A stretch of 58,962 bases of DNA from an uncultured Nitrososphaeria archaeon (lineage in GTDB: Archaea > Thermoproteota > Nitrososphaeria_A > Caldarchaeales > Wolframiiraptoraceae): positions 1 through 58,962 of the forward strand of contig CAYNFG010000003.1 in assembly GCA_964396455.1 (NCBI GenBank). Reading direction: 5' to 3'. Of the stretch, positions 9,403 to 18,696 are shown one piece after another (within the stretch, counting starts at the first letter, position 1; the number at the start of each line of letters is the position of its first letter). A program made the position numbers and the translations under genes. Below the pieces are notes generated by a model that saw only the letters and a list, made by a program, of their open reading frames with translations, was not told the DNA's origin and did not search any database.

Positions 9403-10431
9403 TCATCCTCTGAAGACGTTAAGGTACTCGAAGAATTCTTCTGGGACCTTTCGAAGCTGGCCTACAACCTCGTCAAGCTTTACAGGGACTATCTCTGTTC
9501 CACGTAGGACGACGGCGTAGCCGAATTTCTTCTCCTTTACTAAATCGACGGCCTTAAATCCCAGCCTGATTCCGAGAACCCTATCGAATGCTACTGGAGA
9601 TCCTCCTCGCTGAACATATCCTAGGATCGTTGAGCGAACCTCTTTCCCAAGCCTCCTCTTAAGCTCCGCTTCCAAGAATTTCGCAATACCTCCAAGTCTT
9701 ACATGGCCATATTCATCCTTCTCAGCCTCCGCTACCGCCAGCTCTCCTGTAGTCGGTATCTTTACCCCTTCAGCTACAGCGATTAAGGTATAATGCTCTC
9801 CCCGCCTCTCCCGCTCCTCGATAATCCTGCAAACCTCATCTAGGTCTAGAGGCTTCTCAGGGATGAGTATTATATGCGCTCCGCCTGCCAGCCCGCCCAT
9901 TAAAGCAAGCCATCCAGCATACCTCCCCATAATCTCCGCGACGATTATCCGCTTATGAGATCTCGCAGTAGTATGAAGCCTCTCTAAAGCCTCTGCTATC
10001 GTCTGAACAGCAGTCCAGAATCCTATAGAGTAATCGGTGGCCGAAAGATCATTATCGATAGTCTTTGGAACGCCGACCACAGGAACCCCCTTCTCGTAAA
10101 GCCTCCTCGCAGCCCCAAGCGTGTCATCACCACCTATAGTTATCAATCCGTCAAGCCCAAGCTTCCTAATATTATCCAAGACCGCTCTAATATCCTCCTC
10201 AGACTTCGTCGGATTCTTCCTAGAAGATCCGAGGATCGTTCCACCTATAGCATAGATATCCCTAACATCCTCTTTTCTAAGCGGCTTAGCCCTACCCTCA
10301 ATAAGCCCCTTATAACCATCCTCGATACCCCAGACCTCGAAGCCATACTGCTCAGCCCTTACAACAATCGCCTGGATCACCGCATTAAGCCCAGGGCAAT
10401 CCCCACCACCAGTTAATACACCTATCCTCAA
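9403..10431 (-). CDS. pfkA: 6-phosphofructokinase (PfkA family, ATP- or PPi-dependent)
   Basis: MRIGVLTGGGDCPGLNAVI, IGGDDTLGAA, PKTIDNDL, MGRYAGWLAL and GYVQRGG are canonical PFK-A motifs. Confidence 0.85.
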   Translation of the reverse strand: MRIGVLTGGGDCPGLNAVIQAIVVRAEQYGFEVWGIEDGYKGLIEGRAKPLRKEDVRDIYAIGGTILGSSRKNPTKSEEDIRAVLDNIRKLGLDGLITIGGDDTLGAARRLYEKGVPVVGVPKTIDNDLSATDYSIGFWTAVQTIAEALERLHTTARSHKRIIVAEIMGRYAGWLALMGGLAGGAHIILIPEKPLDLDEVCRIIEERERRGEHYTLIAVAEGVKIPTTGELAVAEAEKDEYGHVRLGGIAKFLEAELKRRLGKEVRSTILGYVQRGGSPVAFDRVLGIRLGFKAVDLVKEKKFGYAVVLRGTEIVPVKLDEVVGQLRKVPEEFFEYLNVFRG

Positions 10432-10614
10432 AATTCTTCAGCCTCCAACCATATCTCCATCAGTCTAATATATATACGCTAATCTTTTATTCCAGGAGGT
10501 AAAACCGCAAGAGATCCAAAAATGGGGAAAGGCGTCTAAAAATGCTGCAGCAGATAATTATCCCAAGCATACGTTTATATATCAACGATAAACCAATACT
10601 TCGGGGGTAGGGTT

Positions 10615-11712
10615 TTGAGTAGAGTAAAGGTTGTGAACCTCAGGAAGAAGTTTGATAAGACTATTGCTGTAGATGGAATAAGCTTTGAGGTTAAGGACGG
10701 GGAATTCGTCATCCTGCTCGGTCCATCAGGATGTGGTAAGACTACGACTCTCCGATGTATTGCCGGTCTCGAGACCCCTGATGAGGGGGAGATCTATATC
10801 GGCGATAGGCTGGTAAATGATTTGCCGCCAAAGGATAGGGATATCGCGATGGTCTTCCAGAGCTACGCCCTCTATCCCCATATGACCGTCTACGACAACC
10901 TCGCATTCCCATTAAAGATGAGGAAGTATCCGAAGCAGGAGATCGATAAGCGTGTAAGGGAGGTTGCCAAGCTACTAAGGATCGAGGAGCTACTAGATAG
11001 GAAGCCTAGGCAGCTTAGCGGAGGCCAGCAGCAGAGAGTCGCCCTAGGAAGAGCCTTGGTAAGAAATCCGCAGGTATGGCTTATGGACGAGCCTCTCAGC
11101 AACCTAGACGCAAAGCTAAGAGTATACATGAGAGCGGAGCTTAAGAAGCTTCAGAAAGACCTGGGTATCACGACCATCTACGTAACCCACGATCAGGCGG
11201 AGGCTATGGCGATGGCGGATAGGGTTGCGGTAATGAACCAGGGCAAGATACTACAATATGACTCGCCGCATGCGGTATACGAGAGGCCGGCGAACATCTT
11301 CGTAGCAGGATTCCTTGGAAGCCCGCCGATGAACTTCGTAGATGCGAATATAGTTGAGAGGGATGCTCAGCTAATCCTCGATGCAGGATTCTTCGAATTA
11401 CCCCTACCGGAAGATTTAGCGAAGCTAGTTAAGGAGCAGGCGAAAGGCGATAAGGTCGTCATAGGCTTCAGGCCAGAAAACATGATTCTCTCGATAGAGA
11501 AGCAGCCAGAATCAGTATTCCAGGCAGACGTCTATGTGGTCGAGCCGATGGGATCAAACCTAATCGTAGACCTGAAGGCTGGAGATTACCTAATGAAGGC
11601 CGTAGTCCCAGCAGTAACGAAGTTGCCAGGAATCGGAGAAAAGGTATGGGTAGGATTCCCGCTCGAGAAGATCCATATCTTCGACGCGAAGACTGAGCAG
11701 GCGATATTCTAA
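10615..11712 (+). CDS. ABC transporter ATP-binding protein, MalK/UgpC-like (sugar type), TTG start
   Basis: Walker A GPSGCGKTT, Q-loop, signature LSGGQQQRVALGRAL, Walker B LMDEPLSNLD, H-loop THDQ, and a C-terminal MalK-type regulatory domain. No permease or binding-protein gene is adjacent. Confidence 0.9.
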   Translation: MSRVKVVNLRKKFDKTIAVDGISFEVKDGEFVILLGPSGCGKTTTLRCIAGLETPDEGEIYIGDRLVNDLPPKDRDIAMVFQSYALYPHMTVYDNLAFPLKMRKYPKQEIDKRVREVAKLLRIEELLDRKPRQLSGGQQQRVALGRALVRNPQVWLMDEPLSNLDAKLRVYMRAELKKLQKDLGITTIYVTHDQAEAMAMADRVAVMNQGKILQYDSPHAVYERPANIFVAGFLGSPPMNFVDANIVERDAQLILDAGFFELPLPEDLAKLVKEQAKGDKVVIGFRPENMILSIEKQPESVFQADVYVVEPMGSNLIVDLKAGDYLMKAVVPAVTKLPGIGEKVWVGFPLEKIHIFDAKTEQAIF

Positions 11713-11717
11713 ACGAA

Positions 11718-11723
11718 TTTTTT
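11718..11723 (+). terminator. Oligo-T run (T6) 6 nt after the ABC ATPase stop codon
   Basis: The sequence taaacgaaTTTTTTcaattc follows the stop directly. Archaeal intrinsic termination typically uses oligo-T tracts. Confidence 0.3.
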
Positions 11724-11752
11724 CAATTCTTCATCTTCATTAATCCCAAGGT

Positions 11753-12283
11753 CTAATCATATACGAGCACTCCATTAATTATTTGTGCGCATCGCGAGAG
11801 CTTATGCCGAACCTGCCAACCCTCGTCAATTATATGTATCACTTCGAATCCTCTCGCAATCATAAAATCTGAAAGAATTTTTCTATGGCATCTCCATGGT
11901 AATCTCTCACTACACATTATCGCTGTCCGCAATTTCCCCGCGAGGAGGCTAAGCTTCTCTACGGCTTTCAGCGCCTCCTCGCATGATACTAGGTAGGTTG
12001 CGTAAGCTCTAAAGCCCTCAGACTTAAAACATGTCGCTATTCCGATATCCCTAACATCTTTACCGAACTTTCTATAGCCTCCTAGCCTTCTATCCCAGAT
12101 GTATTCGATACCGGCCTCGGCCAGAGTTTTGGAAAGCAGGTCTTTTGAAAAATGTGGAGCAACTCTGCTTGTTGAGAAGCTTCTGACGTCGTATAGTAGC
12201 TCTATCTCAAACTTCTTCAGTAGCCTCATGAAATCTTCGAGTTTCCTATTCGAATGCCCTATCGTGTATACTATCTTCTCCAC
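11753..12283 (-). CDS. DUF488 domain protein
   Basis: IVYTIGHSNRKLEDFMRLLKKFEIELLYDVRSFSTSR...GIEYIWDRRLGG follows the DUF488 pattern (TiGHS...lvDVR..P.S...Y...LGG). Confidence 0.7.
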   Translation of the reverse strand: MEKIVYTIGHSNRKLEDFMRLLKKFEIELLYDVRSFSTSRVAPHFSKDLLSKTLAEAGIEYIWDRRLGGYRKFGKDVRDIGIATCFKSEGFRAYATYLVSCEEALKAVEKLSLLAGKLRTAIMCSERLPWRCHRKILSDFMIARGFEVIHIIDEGWQVRHKLSRCAQIINGVLVYD

Positions 12284-12308
12284 CTTTCTAGCCGGATTAT
12301 CTCAACCC

Positions 12309-13388
12309 TTATCTGCCATATATTATTTTACCGGAGTCGGCGGTTATTCTATACCCGGCTAGCCCTTCTGCCAGCTCTCTAAGCCTTATAGGACCTAGAT
12401 ATTTTAGGAGTTTTTGAATCGCCTCTTTTCTATAGGATTTTGCTAGGATTGCTAGATCGAATTTTTCCCATAAGATCCTCTTGAATGTTAGCCCGTATCT
12501 TTCTGCCGCCCACCTCGTAGTCAATCCCAGATCTGCCTTGCCTAGCGTTATCGCCTCAGCTATCTCGTAATGAGTTTTAACCTCTACCTCGTAGCCTTTT
12601 ATCCTTCTGATAAGCTCGTTAAAGGGCATCCCGACCTCCTCAGCCTTCCTCCTTAGAAGGTTATCGAGGTGAATCCTAGTTCCAGATCCTAGATTTCTAT
12701 TGATTAGCCTTGCTTCCCCGCTGACTAGCATCTCGATCGGATCGTCGATCTCCTTGCGTGATGCGAATCCTATTTCCCGCTCATATCCTCTTACCACTAT
12801 TACTCTATCTTCGAGCCAATATCTTGATAGATATGGGAGATTATATTCTCCTGTGGCTGGATCGTAGAGGTGGATTCCGGCTAAATCTGCTTCTCCAAGC
12901 ATTAGTAGGGTTAATCCTCCCGACGACCCTACCCATGCTATCTCTACCGGCTCTACGCCCTCTCCTCTCACCGCTCCTAGGATATGCTCTAGCAGTAGGT
13001 CGTTGCTGCCAGCGTAGATTATCTCCGGAGCTTCTATCCTCGCTTCCATGATCTCGAATCTTCTGCCGAGCAGCCTATGATATTCCTCGAGATATCGTTC
13101 TAGAATTTTCTCACCGATGCTTGTCAGTTTAGCTCCTCCTCCACCTCGCCCTCCACGCCGAGGCTCAATAATCCTCGCCTCCAGAATCTGCTCCACCTTA
13201 GCTATGCTCTCCCAAGCTCGCGAATAGGATATCCCGAGGATCTTCGATGCGGAAAGTATAGATCCGGTCTTTTTTATTAATGTGAGAAGCTTCGCAAAAT
13301 CCTCGTCAATAATCCTAACTCCCTTAAACTCGAGGATTAAAGTCCCTCTAGGCTTAAGCTCTCTGACCAGCTCATCCTCGGTCTTCAA
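12309..13388 (-). CDS. Transcriptional regulator: ModE-type N-terminal HTH fused to a periplasmic-binding-protein-like domain
   Basis: GSILSASKILGISYSRAWESIAKVEQILEARIIEPRRGGRGGGGAKLTSIGEKIL is a ModE/LysR-type wHTH. The remaining 250 aa or so resemble a PBP-like (PF12727-like) ligand-binding domain. Confidence 0.6.
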   Translation of the reverse strand: MKTEDELVRELKPRGTLILEFKGVRIIDEDFAKLLTLIKKTGSILSASKILGISYSRAWESIAKVEQILEARIIEPRRGGRGGGGAKLTSIGEKILERYLEEYHRLLGRRFEIMEARIEAPEIIYAGSNDLLLEHILGAVRGEGVEPVEIAWVGSSGGLTLLMLGEADLAGIHLYDPATGEYNLPYLSRYWLEDRVIVVRGYEREIGFASRKEIDDPIEMLVSGEARLINRNLGSGTRIHLDNLLRRKAEEVGMPFNELIRRIKGYEVEVKTHYEIAEAITLGKADLGLTTRWAAERYGLTFKRILWEKFDLAILAKSYRKEAIQKLLKYLGPIRLRELAEGLAGYRITADSGKIIYGR

Positions 13389-13432
13389 GCGATTCTTCCT
13401 TTAGCTGATTGAATCCCCTTTAATTAAAGTTC

Positions 13433-14416
13433 TTAGCGGCGGCAGGATCTTCTAAGAGGACATATATCGCAGGCTGGGTTTAGGGTTTTGCAAAATTTTC
13501 TCCCGTGGAGGTAGACGAGCGTCTGGAACCAGCCTGCCAGCCTGGCTAGCCTCGAGCTAATTATCGCTCTAAGGCAAGTTTCGCTTCTTGGGCATAGCGG
13601 AATCCCATATCTTCTCGATGCATCCTCCGAGCAGGAATATCTTATGCAAAGGCTCTTTACGGGCAGATGGAATTCCTGGATAAGCCCGGTTCTCTCAATA
13701 AACTTCGCAAGATGGATATCGCATGGCGCGAAGTGCAGGGCATCGCATGTTGATAGAATTATCGAATCCGCCAGCTTCGGCCCTATCCCCCTTATCGAGA
13801 GTAGGGTTATTCTAGCGATCTCTGGAGGTCTTGATAACGCGTCTATCAGCCATCGCTCGATGTTTGATGACCGTTGAAGTATTTCGCGGAGTATTCCGGC
13901 AGCTTCAAAGAGCTGGTAGCTTCTCGTTATCCTCTCCAGCTCCCTCTCACTCGCCTCCGCCATCCTCGTTAGGTCTCCATCATAGATTTCCCAGATTTTG
14001 CGGCACCATCGTCTAACAATATCGTAGTCTGCTCTTTTGGAGAGTAGGACGGCTAAGAACACGTATTCGGAATCGTGCGGCGCTATGGGGATTCTTACGC
14101 CGGGATATGTTATGGCGAGTTCCTCCAGGATTTCTCTAAATCCTCGACTTACCTTCACTAGCTCTTTCATTGGGTTTTCATGCCATAGGCCGGTTTCTAG
14201 AAGCACTATGCGCCTAAGCTCGTTTTCATTAAGCTTTACTGAACAGCTTGCTACTATTTTGGATCCATGCTGCTCGATCTTAAGCCTTCCACCAAGCTTG
14301 CCTGCAATCTTAGTCCATGCGGTAGGATGCCGTCTTTCGTAGAGGCTTGAGATGAATGATGGTTCGAGGCTTCTCTGAAGGCTATAATCCTCGGCATCTA
14401 GTTCCAGCTTAATCAT
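13433..14416 (-). CDS. HhH-GPD superfamily DNA glycosylase with a C-terminal 4Fe-4S cluster loop
   Basis: HhH motif LLSIRGIGPKLADSIIL followed by a candidate catalytic Asp (APCDIHL). The C-terminal CKTLNPACDICPLRRSC fits the EndoIII-type C-x6-C-x2-C-x5-C motif. Confidence 0.7.
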   Translation of the reverse strand: MIKLELDAEDYSLQRSLEPSFISSLYERRHPTAWTKIAGKLGGRLKIEQHGSKIVASCSVKLNENELRRIVLLETGLWHENPMKELVKVSRGFREILEELAITYPGVRIPIAPHDSEYVFLAVLLSKRADYDIVRRWCRKIWEIYDGDLTRMAEASERELERITRSYQLFEAAGILREILQRSSNIERWLIDALSRPPEIARITLLSIRGIGPKLADSIILSTCDALHFAPCDIHLAKFIERTGLIQEFHLPVKSLCIRYSCSEDASRRYGIPLCPRSETCLRAIISSRLARLAGWFQTLVYLHGRKFCKTLNPACDICPLRRSCRR

Positions 14417-14471
14417 TCATGCTACATTAACTGTGTAGGGCTTTGTATCATTTTCGTATGGAGCACTTTAT

Positions 14472-15842
14472 ATGAAAGCCTCGCACAATAATGCTTGGAG
14501 AATAATGAGGAATGGGGAGATTGCGCGTATAATAGGCTTATCGACCATATTACTGGCATTTCTACTCTCGGCGGCTTCCGCGAGCGGATACTCCGTGATC
14601 GAGGATGATCTAGAGTTTAGAGTCGATTACCCGGTGGAGATGGAGGTCGGCTCATGCTATACGATAAGCTTCTGGATGAAGGCGTCCGAAAACCTGACCG
14701 ATCTGGTGGTAGTCCTCTCGATACATTATCATAGGAACTCCGAGGTGGATACGCTCTACAGCGATACGATAATAAGCGAGGAGGAGGTCTCAGCAGGCTG
14801 GACGAAATCCAAGACGATAAACATATGCATTCCAAGCGAGGAACCCAAGGATCCATATATTCGAGCGGATCTAGAGTTTAGCTATAAGCTGAATGGATCG
14901 GATAAGGAGCTAAGCTATGAATGGTATATGTCCATCGTTAGAGAGGAGAGCTACGAAGACCTCCAATCCCGGGTAAGTAGCCTCCAGAACAAGATCTCGA
15001 GCCTAGAGGATGAGATAGATGATCTGGAGAAGGAGCTTAACGAAAAATCTCAAAAGCTTGAAGATCTCGAGGAGGCATACCAACAGCTATTAGCGGAATA
15101 CTCCTCGCTTAAATCCAGCTACCAGGAGCTGGAGGATGATTATAACAAGCTTAAGGATGATTACTCGAGCCTAGAATCCGCTTACAAATCCTTGAGCGAT
15201 ACCCATCAATCTACAATAATCTCTCTTGAGAAGCTTAAGACGGAGTATGAATCGCTCTCAAGACGCTATGAGAGCCTTAGCAAGCAATATGCGAGCCTTC
15301 TCAAAGATTACGAATCCACGCTTGCAGAGCTTAGAACCTATAAGGCCATGTATTCTGATCTAAAGGCTAGACATGATGATCTCAGGATGAGGCATGATGA
15401 GCTTATAGCAGAAGCAGCTAGGCTCAGGCAGAAGATCTCCGACCTCGAGGAGAACTATGTCAATTTGAGCAGGGTCTACGAAGCCACCCTCGGAGAAAGC
15501 AATCTAACGAAGAATATCCTATTCGCGCAGACGGCCGCCGTAGCGGCGGGGCTCGGGATATACGCCCTTCTATCTAGGAGATTTGGAAGAGTTTCTCCTC
15601 CGAGACCTGCTGAAGCTCAGGAGGAGGGGAATAGTGAGAAGAAGATTCAGAAGATCCTCTCTGGAAGGAGGATCACCATACCGAGTGATGCCGCTGCGAA
15701 GCTCGGGATAAAGGAGGGCGATAAAGTCGAAATAGACTATGCTAATGGAAAGCTTATAGTTAAACCCGTGAAGGAGCAGCCGTCAGGAGAGCGAGGGGAG
15801 GGGGAGAAGAATTTAGAGGAAGCCGAGGATAAGACATCATAG
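14472..15842 (+). CDS. Membrane-anchored coiled-coil protein with a C-terminal cytoplasmic AbrB/SpoVT-like domain
   Basis: Signal-peptide-like N-terminus (RIIGLSTILLAFLLSAASASG), a Cys/Tyr-containing ectodomain of about 120 aa, a coiled coil of about 180 aa with YxxLxxx heptads, a TM helix (ILFAQTAAVAAGLGIYALL then RRFGR), and then GRRITIPSDAAAKLGIKEGDKVEIDYANGKLIVKPV (SpoVT/AbrB swapped-hairpin pattern). Confidence 0.6.
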   Translation: MKASHNNAWRIMRNGEIARIIGLSTILLAFLLSAASASGYSVIEDDLEFRVDYPVEMEVGSCYTISFWMKASENLTDLVVVLSIHYHRNSEVDTLYSDTIISEEEVSAGWTKSKTINICIPSEEPKDPYIRADLEFSYKLNGSDKELSYEWYMSIVREESYEDLQSRVSSLQNKISSLEDEIDDLEKELNEKSQKLEDLEEAYQQLLAEYSSLKSSYQELEDDYNKLKDDYSSLESAYKSLSDTHQSTIISLEKLKTEYESLSRRYESLSKQYASLLKDYESTLAELRTYKAMYSDLKARHDDLRMRHDELIAEAARLRQKISDLEENYVNLSRVYEATLGESNLTKNILFAQTAAVAAGLGIYALLSRRFGRVSPPRPAEAQEEGNSEKKIQKILSGRRITIPSDAAAKLGIKEGDKVEIDYANGKLIVKPVKEQPSGERGEGEKNLEEAEDKTS

Positions 15843-15854
15843 CGGGCGGGTAAA

Positions 15855-16625
15855 TTGGGATACGATGCAGTAAACTCCCATAAGCAGCTTGAAAAACTGG
15901 TTACGAGAAGCAATCTAGGCATACCCGAGAGGAAATACTATAGATTCCGCGTCGATCGATGGTATGGCGGAATAGTCACCGGAGATTGTGTAGGATGCGG
16001 GTTATTCTGCAAATTCTGCTGGGTCTCGGATAAGGTTAGATATCGGCCGAGGCTCGTCGGAAGATTCTACACGCCCTCCGAGGTAGCTGAACGACTAATA
16101 GATCTAGCGAATAGGAGTGGGCTTAGGCAGATTAGGTTAAGCGGAGGAGAGCCGACGATAGGGAAATCCCATCTGATAAAGCTCCTCGAGGAGCTCGACG
16201 GGCTAGGATACTCATTCATACTAGAGACGAACGGCATCCTAATAGGCCATGATCCAGATTATGCGAAGCAGTTTTCAAGATTCGATTTCATCCATGTGAG
16301 AGTCTCCCTGAAGGGCTGCTGCGAGGAGGAGTTCGCAATATTAACCGGGGCGAGGCCGGAGGATTTTAAGCTCCAATTAAAGGCGTTAGAAAACCTAGTC
16401 AGATACGGCGTTGAATGCCATCCAGCGGCGATGATATCCTTCTCGACAAAGGAGAGCCTCGAGAAATTGATGAGGAGGTTGGGCGAAATAGATCGAGGAT
16501 TGGTGGAGGAGTTTGAGGTTGAGGAGCTGATACTATACCCCCATGTCGTCGATAGATTAAGGAAATACGGCCTGAGGTATTTTACGGGATATAAGCCGGA
16601 TCAGATCCCACCGGACCAGATATAG
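15855..16625 (+). CDS. Radical SAM protein (small, about 250 aa, archaeal type), TTG start
   Basis: The CGLFCKFC CxxxCxxC cluster motif (within CVGCGLFCKFCW), the GGEPT SAM-binding motif (LSGGEPTIG) and ETNG. It starts 13 nt after the coiled-coil/AbrB gene on the same strand. Confidence 0.75.
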   Translation: MGYDAVNSHKQLEKLVTRSNLGIPERKYYRFRVDRWYGGIVTGDCVGCGLFCKFCWVSDKVRYRPRLVGRFYTPSEVAERLIDLANRSGLRQIRLSGGEPTIGKSHLIKLLEELDGLGYSFILETNGILIGHDPDYAKQFSRFDFIHVRVSLKGCCEEEFAILTGARPEDFKLQLKALENLVRYGVECHPAAMISFSTKESLEKLMRRLGEIDRGLVEEFEVEELILYPHVVDRLRKYGLRYFTGYKPDQIPPDQI

Positions 16626-16628
16626 TTC

Positions 16629-17633
16629 TCAGCGCGTGGCCTCTTCAGCTTTCTCAGCAAGCTTAACCTTTGGGCAGTAGGGATCTGGGCCATCGAAGGT
16701 CTTATACGCTAGGTAGGATCTGGCATAGCATCCAGCCATACAGATATCCTTTAGCTCGCATGAGCTACACGGCTCCCTAAGCCTAGGATTCATCACCTTC
16801 TCCACATACTCGCTTCTGAAATATTCTTCAAGAGCCTTTCTAAATCCCATCCGAACGTTTCCGATAGTTATATCCAGCACGTCGCAGAGGAGTAGATTTC
16901 CTGCAGGATCTATATCCAGAACCTTACCCCTTCTACAATCCGCCCAAGTCGAGACGAATCGTGGATCTATGAATAGCTTCGCGGGGACGTAGCACCAGAC
17001 CGTCATCCAATAGCCGATATCCTTTGCGGCATGTTCCGCCGACTTCAAAGCCTTTACAAGCTCTGCGGGATCTGGGATTATCTCAAAGCCAGCTCTTCCA
17101 ACAGGCATTATCGGTATCATACACGCACTATCAGCCCCCATAGATTCTGCTAGTCTAACATATTCGCCGGTCTCATGATAGTTCAGCTTAGAGATAGCCA
17201 TGACCGTCGAAAATTCGATCCCCTCCCTCCTCAGGATCTCGGCACCCCTCATTAATGGATCCCACGTTCCGCGACCTCTAATACGCTCATGAACCTCCCT
17301 CGATGCTCCATCTATGCTAAGGAAGACGTAGACATCATATCTCTTCAAGAGCTGCGCATTTTTCTCGTTTAGTAGGGTGCCGTTAGTATTAATGCTGCAT
17401 TCGAGACCGCATTCATGGATCTTCCTTAGGCATGGCTCAAGGTCTTCGGATATTAGAGGCTCCCCGCCGGTCAAGCCTACGTAATATACGCCGCATTCCG
17501 CAAGCTCTTCAATAAGCTTGAGCTTCTGCTCCAGAGAAAGCTCCCTTAATGCGAGGAACCTGCTAGCATAACAGTGGATGCAGCTTAGATTACATCTGCT
17601 ATTCATAAGCCAGATAACCGCTTGAGGATTCAT
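16629..17633 (-). CDS. Radical SAM / SPASM-domain protein
   Basis: CNLSCIHC (CxxxCxxC), GLTGGEPL, and the C-terminal auxiliary-cluster cysteines CSSCELKDICMAGCYARS...YCP typical of SPASM/twitch maturases (AhbD/NirJ/PqqE-like). Confidence 0.8.
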   Translation of the reverse strand: MNPQAVIWLMNSRCNLSCIHCYASRFLALRELSLEQKLKLIEELAECGVYYVGLTGGEPLISEDLEPCLRKIHECGLECSINTNGTLLNEKNAQLLKRYDVYVFLSIDGASREVHERIRGRGTWDPLMRGAEILRREGIEFSTVMAISKLNYHETGEYVRLAESMGADSACMIPIMPVGRAGFEIIPDPAELVKALKSAEHAAKDIGYWMTVWCYVPAKLFIDPRFVSTWADCRRGKVLDIDPAGNLLLCDVLDITIGNVRMGFRKALEEYFRSEYVEKVMNPRLREPCSSCELKDICMAGCYARSYLAYKTFDGPDPYCPKVKLAEKAEEATR

Positions 17634-17778
17634 AATATCGGAACCCCGCCTCGGAGAAGATTGTCAAGCCTATCCTAAGCCTGACACCGGGTTAAAGCTA
17701 GCCTCTGGAGTATTTATATCTAAAAGCTTCGACGAAACCTTTCCTTAAATCTGGGCTTGGAAACCTTGGAGACGGCTG

Positions 17779-18696
17779 ATGATTAGAGCTTATAAGACTC
17801 AGGTGATTAGACCATTCGATCCCTGGAGGGGGAGGTTATGCACCTGTCCTCCCAAGTTTTCCTTCGATCCATATACCGGCTGTGAGCATGGCTGTCTCTA
17901 TTGCTATGCTTCATCCTATATTCGGAGGTTTTATGAATGTAGGCCGAAGAGGGATCTGGTTAAGATTGTTAGGAGGGATTTGGGGAAGCTTCCGAGAAAT
18001 GCTCTCATCTCTATGTCGAATAGCTCTGATCCATATACGCCTATGGAGTCTCATATGATGCTTACTAGGAGATGTCTCCAAGAGTTTCTCAGCAGACCTG
18101 ATCTGCGATTACTTGTGATAACTAAGAGCGATCTCGTGGCGAGGGATGCTGATCTTTTGGGAGGGATTAGGAGTGCTGTAACAATTACGATAACGACTTT
18201 AGATCATGATCTCGCTAGGAGGCTTGAGCCGAATGCTCCCCCGCCATCCCGGAGGCTGGATGCTCTTGAAAAGCTTAGTCGAGCTGGAATACCTGTCGGC
18301 GTTAGGCTTGATCCGATAATCCCCTTCCTAAACGATGGGGATATAGAGCAGCTTCTAAAAGAGGTTAAGAATGCTGGCGCAATCCATGTAACCTCTAGCA
18401 CGTTTAAGCCTAGGCTTGATGGCTGGAGGAGGATGGAACAGGCTTTCCCGGAAGCCTGTAGAAAATTGAAGCCTCTCTATTTCGAGCAGGGCGAGCGGAT
18501 TGGGAGAAGCTATTATCTGCCGAGGGCTTTGAGGTTCAGGCTTATAAAGAGGGTTTATGAGGAGTGTAGGAGGCTAGGGTTAAGCTTCGCATGCTGTAGG
18601 GAGGGCTTCCCCGAGCTTAATACCGCCGGGAGCTGCGATGGCAGCCACCTGATACCAGCCGCCCCTATCCGAGAATCGAGAGGATTACTGCCTTAG
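17779..18696 (+). CDS. Radical SAM protein, SplB / DNA-photolyase-like (COG1533-like)
   Basis: CEHGCLYC (CxxxCxxC) about 35 aa from the N-terminus and MSNSSDPY. The size (305 aa) and layout resemble SPL-family radical SAM proteins. The 3' end overlaps argF convergently by 32 nt. Confidence 0.65.
   Translation: MIRAYKTQVIRPFDPWRGRLCTCPPKFSFDPYTGCEHGCLYCYASSYIRRFYECRPKRDLVKIVRRDLGKLPRNALISMSNSSDPYTPMESHMMLTRRCLQEFLSRPDLRLLVITKSDLVARDADLLGGIRSAVTITITTLDHDLARRLEPNAPPPSRRLDALEKLSRAGIPVGVRLDPIIPFLNDGDIEQLLKEVKNAGAIHVTSSTFKPRLDGWRRMEQAFPEACRKLKPLYFEQGERIGRSYYLPRALRFRLIKRVYEECRRLGLSFACCREGFPELNTAGSCDGSHLIPAAPIRESRGLLP

Noticed and set aside
15376-15420. Two AUGAUGA motifs 15 nt apart inside the coiled-coil gene
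   Set aside because: They encode the repeated HDDL/HDEL peptide (RHDDLRMRHDEL). No D boxes follow at the right spacing, so this is a coding-sequence artefact.
14949-15491. Apparent periodic repetition at the nucleotide level in the coiled-coil gene, considered as a tandem repeat or CRISPR-like array
   Set aside because: The periodicity is at the protein heptad level (YxxLxxx, SL/EL-rich). The DNA units are not conserved repeats, and there is no repeat-spacer structure.
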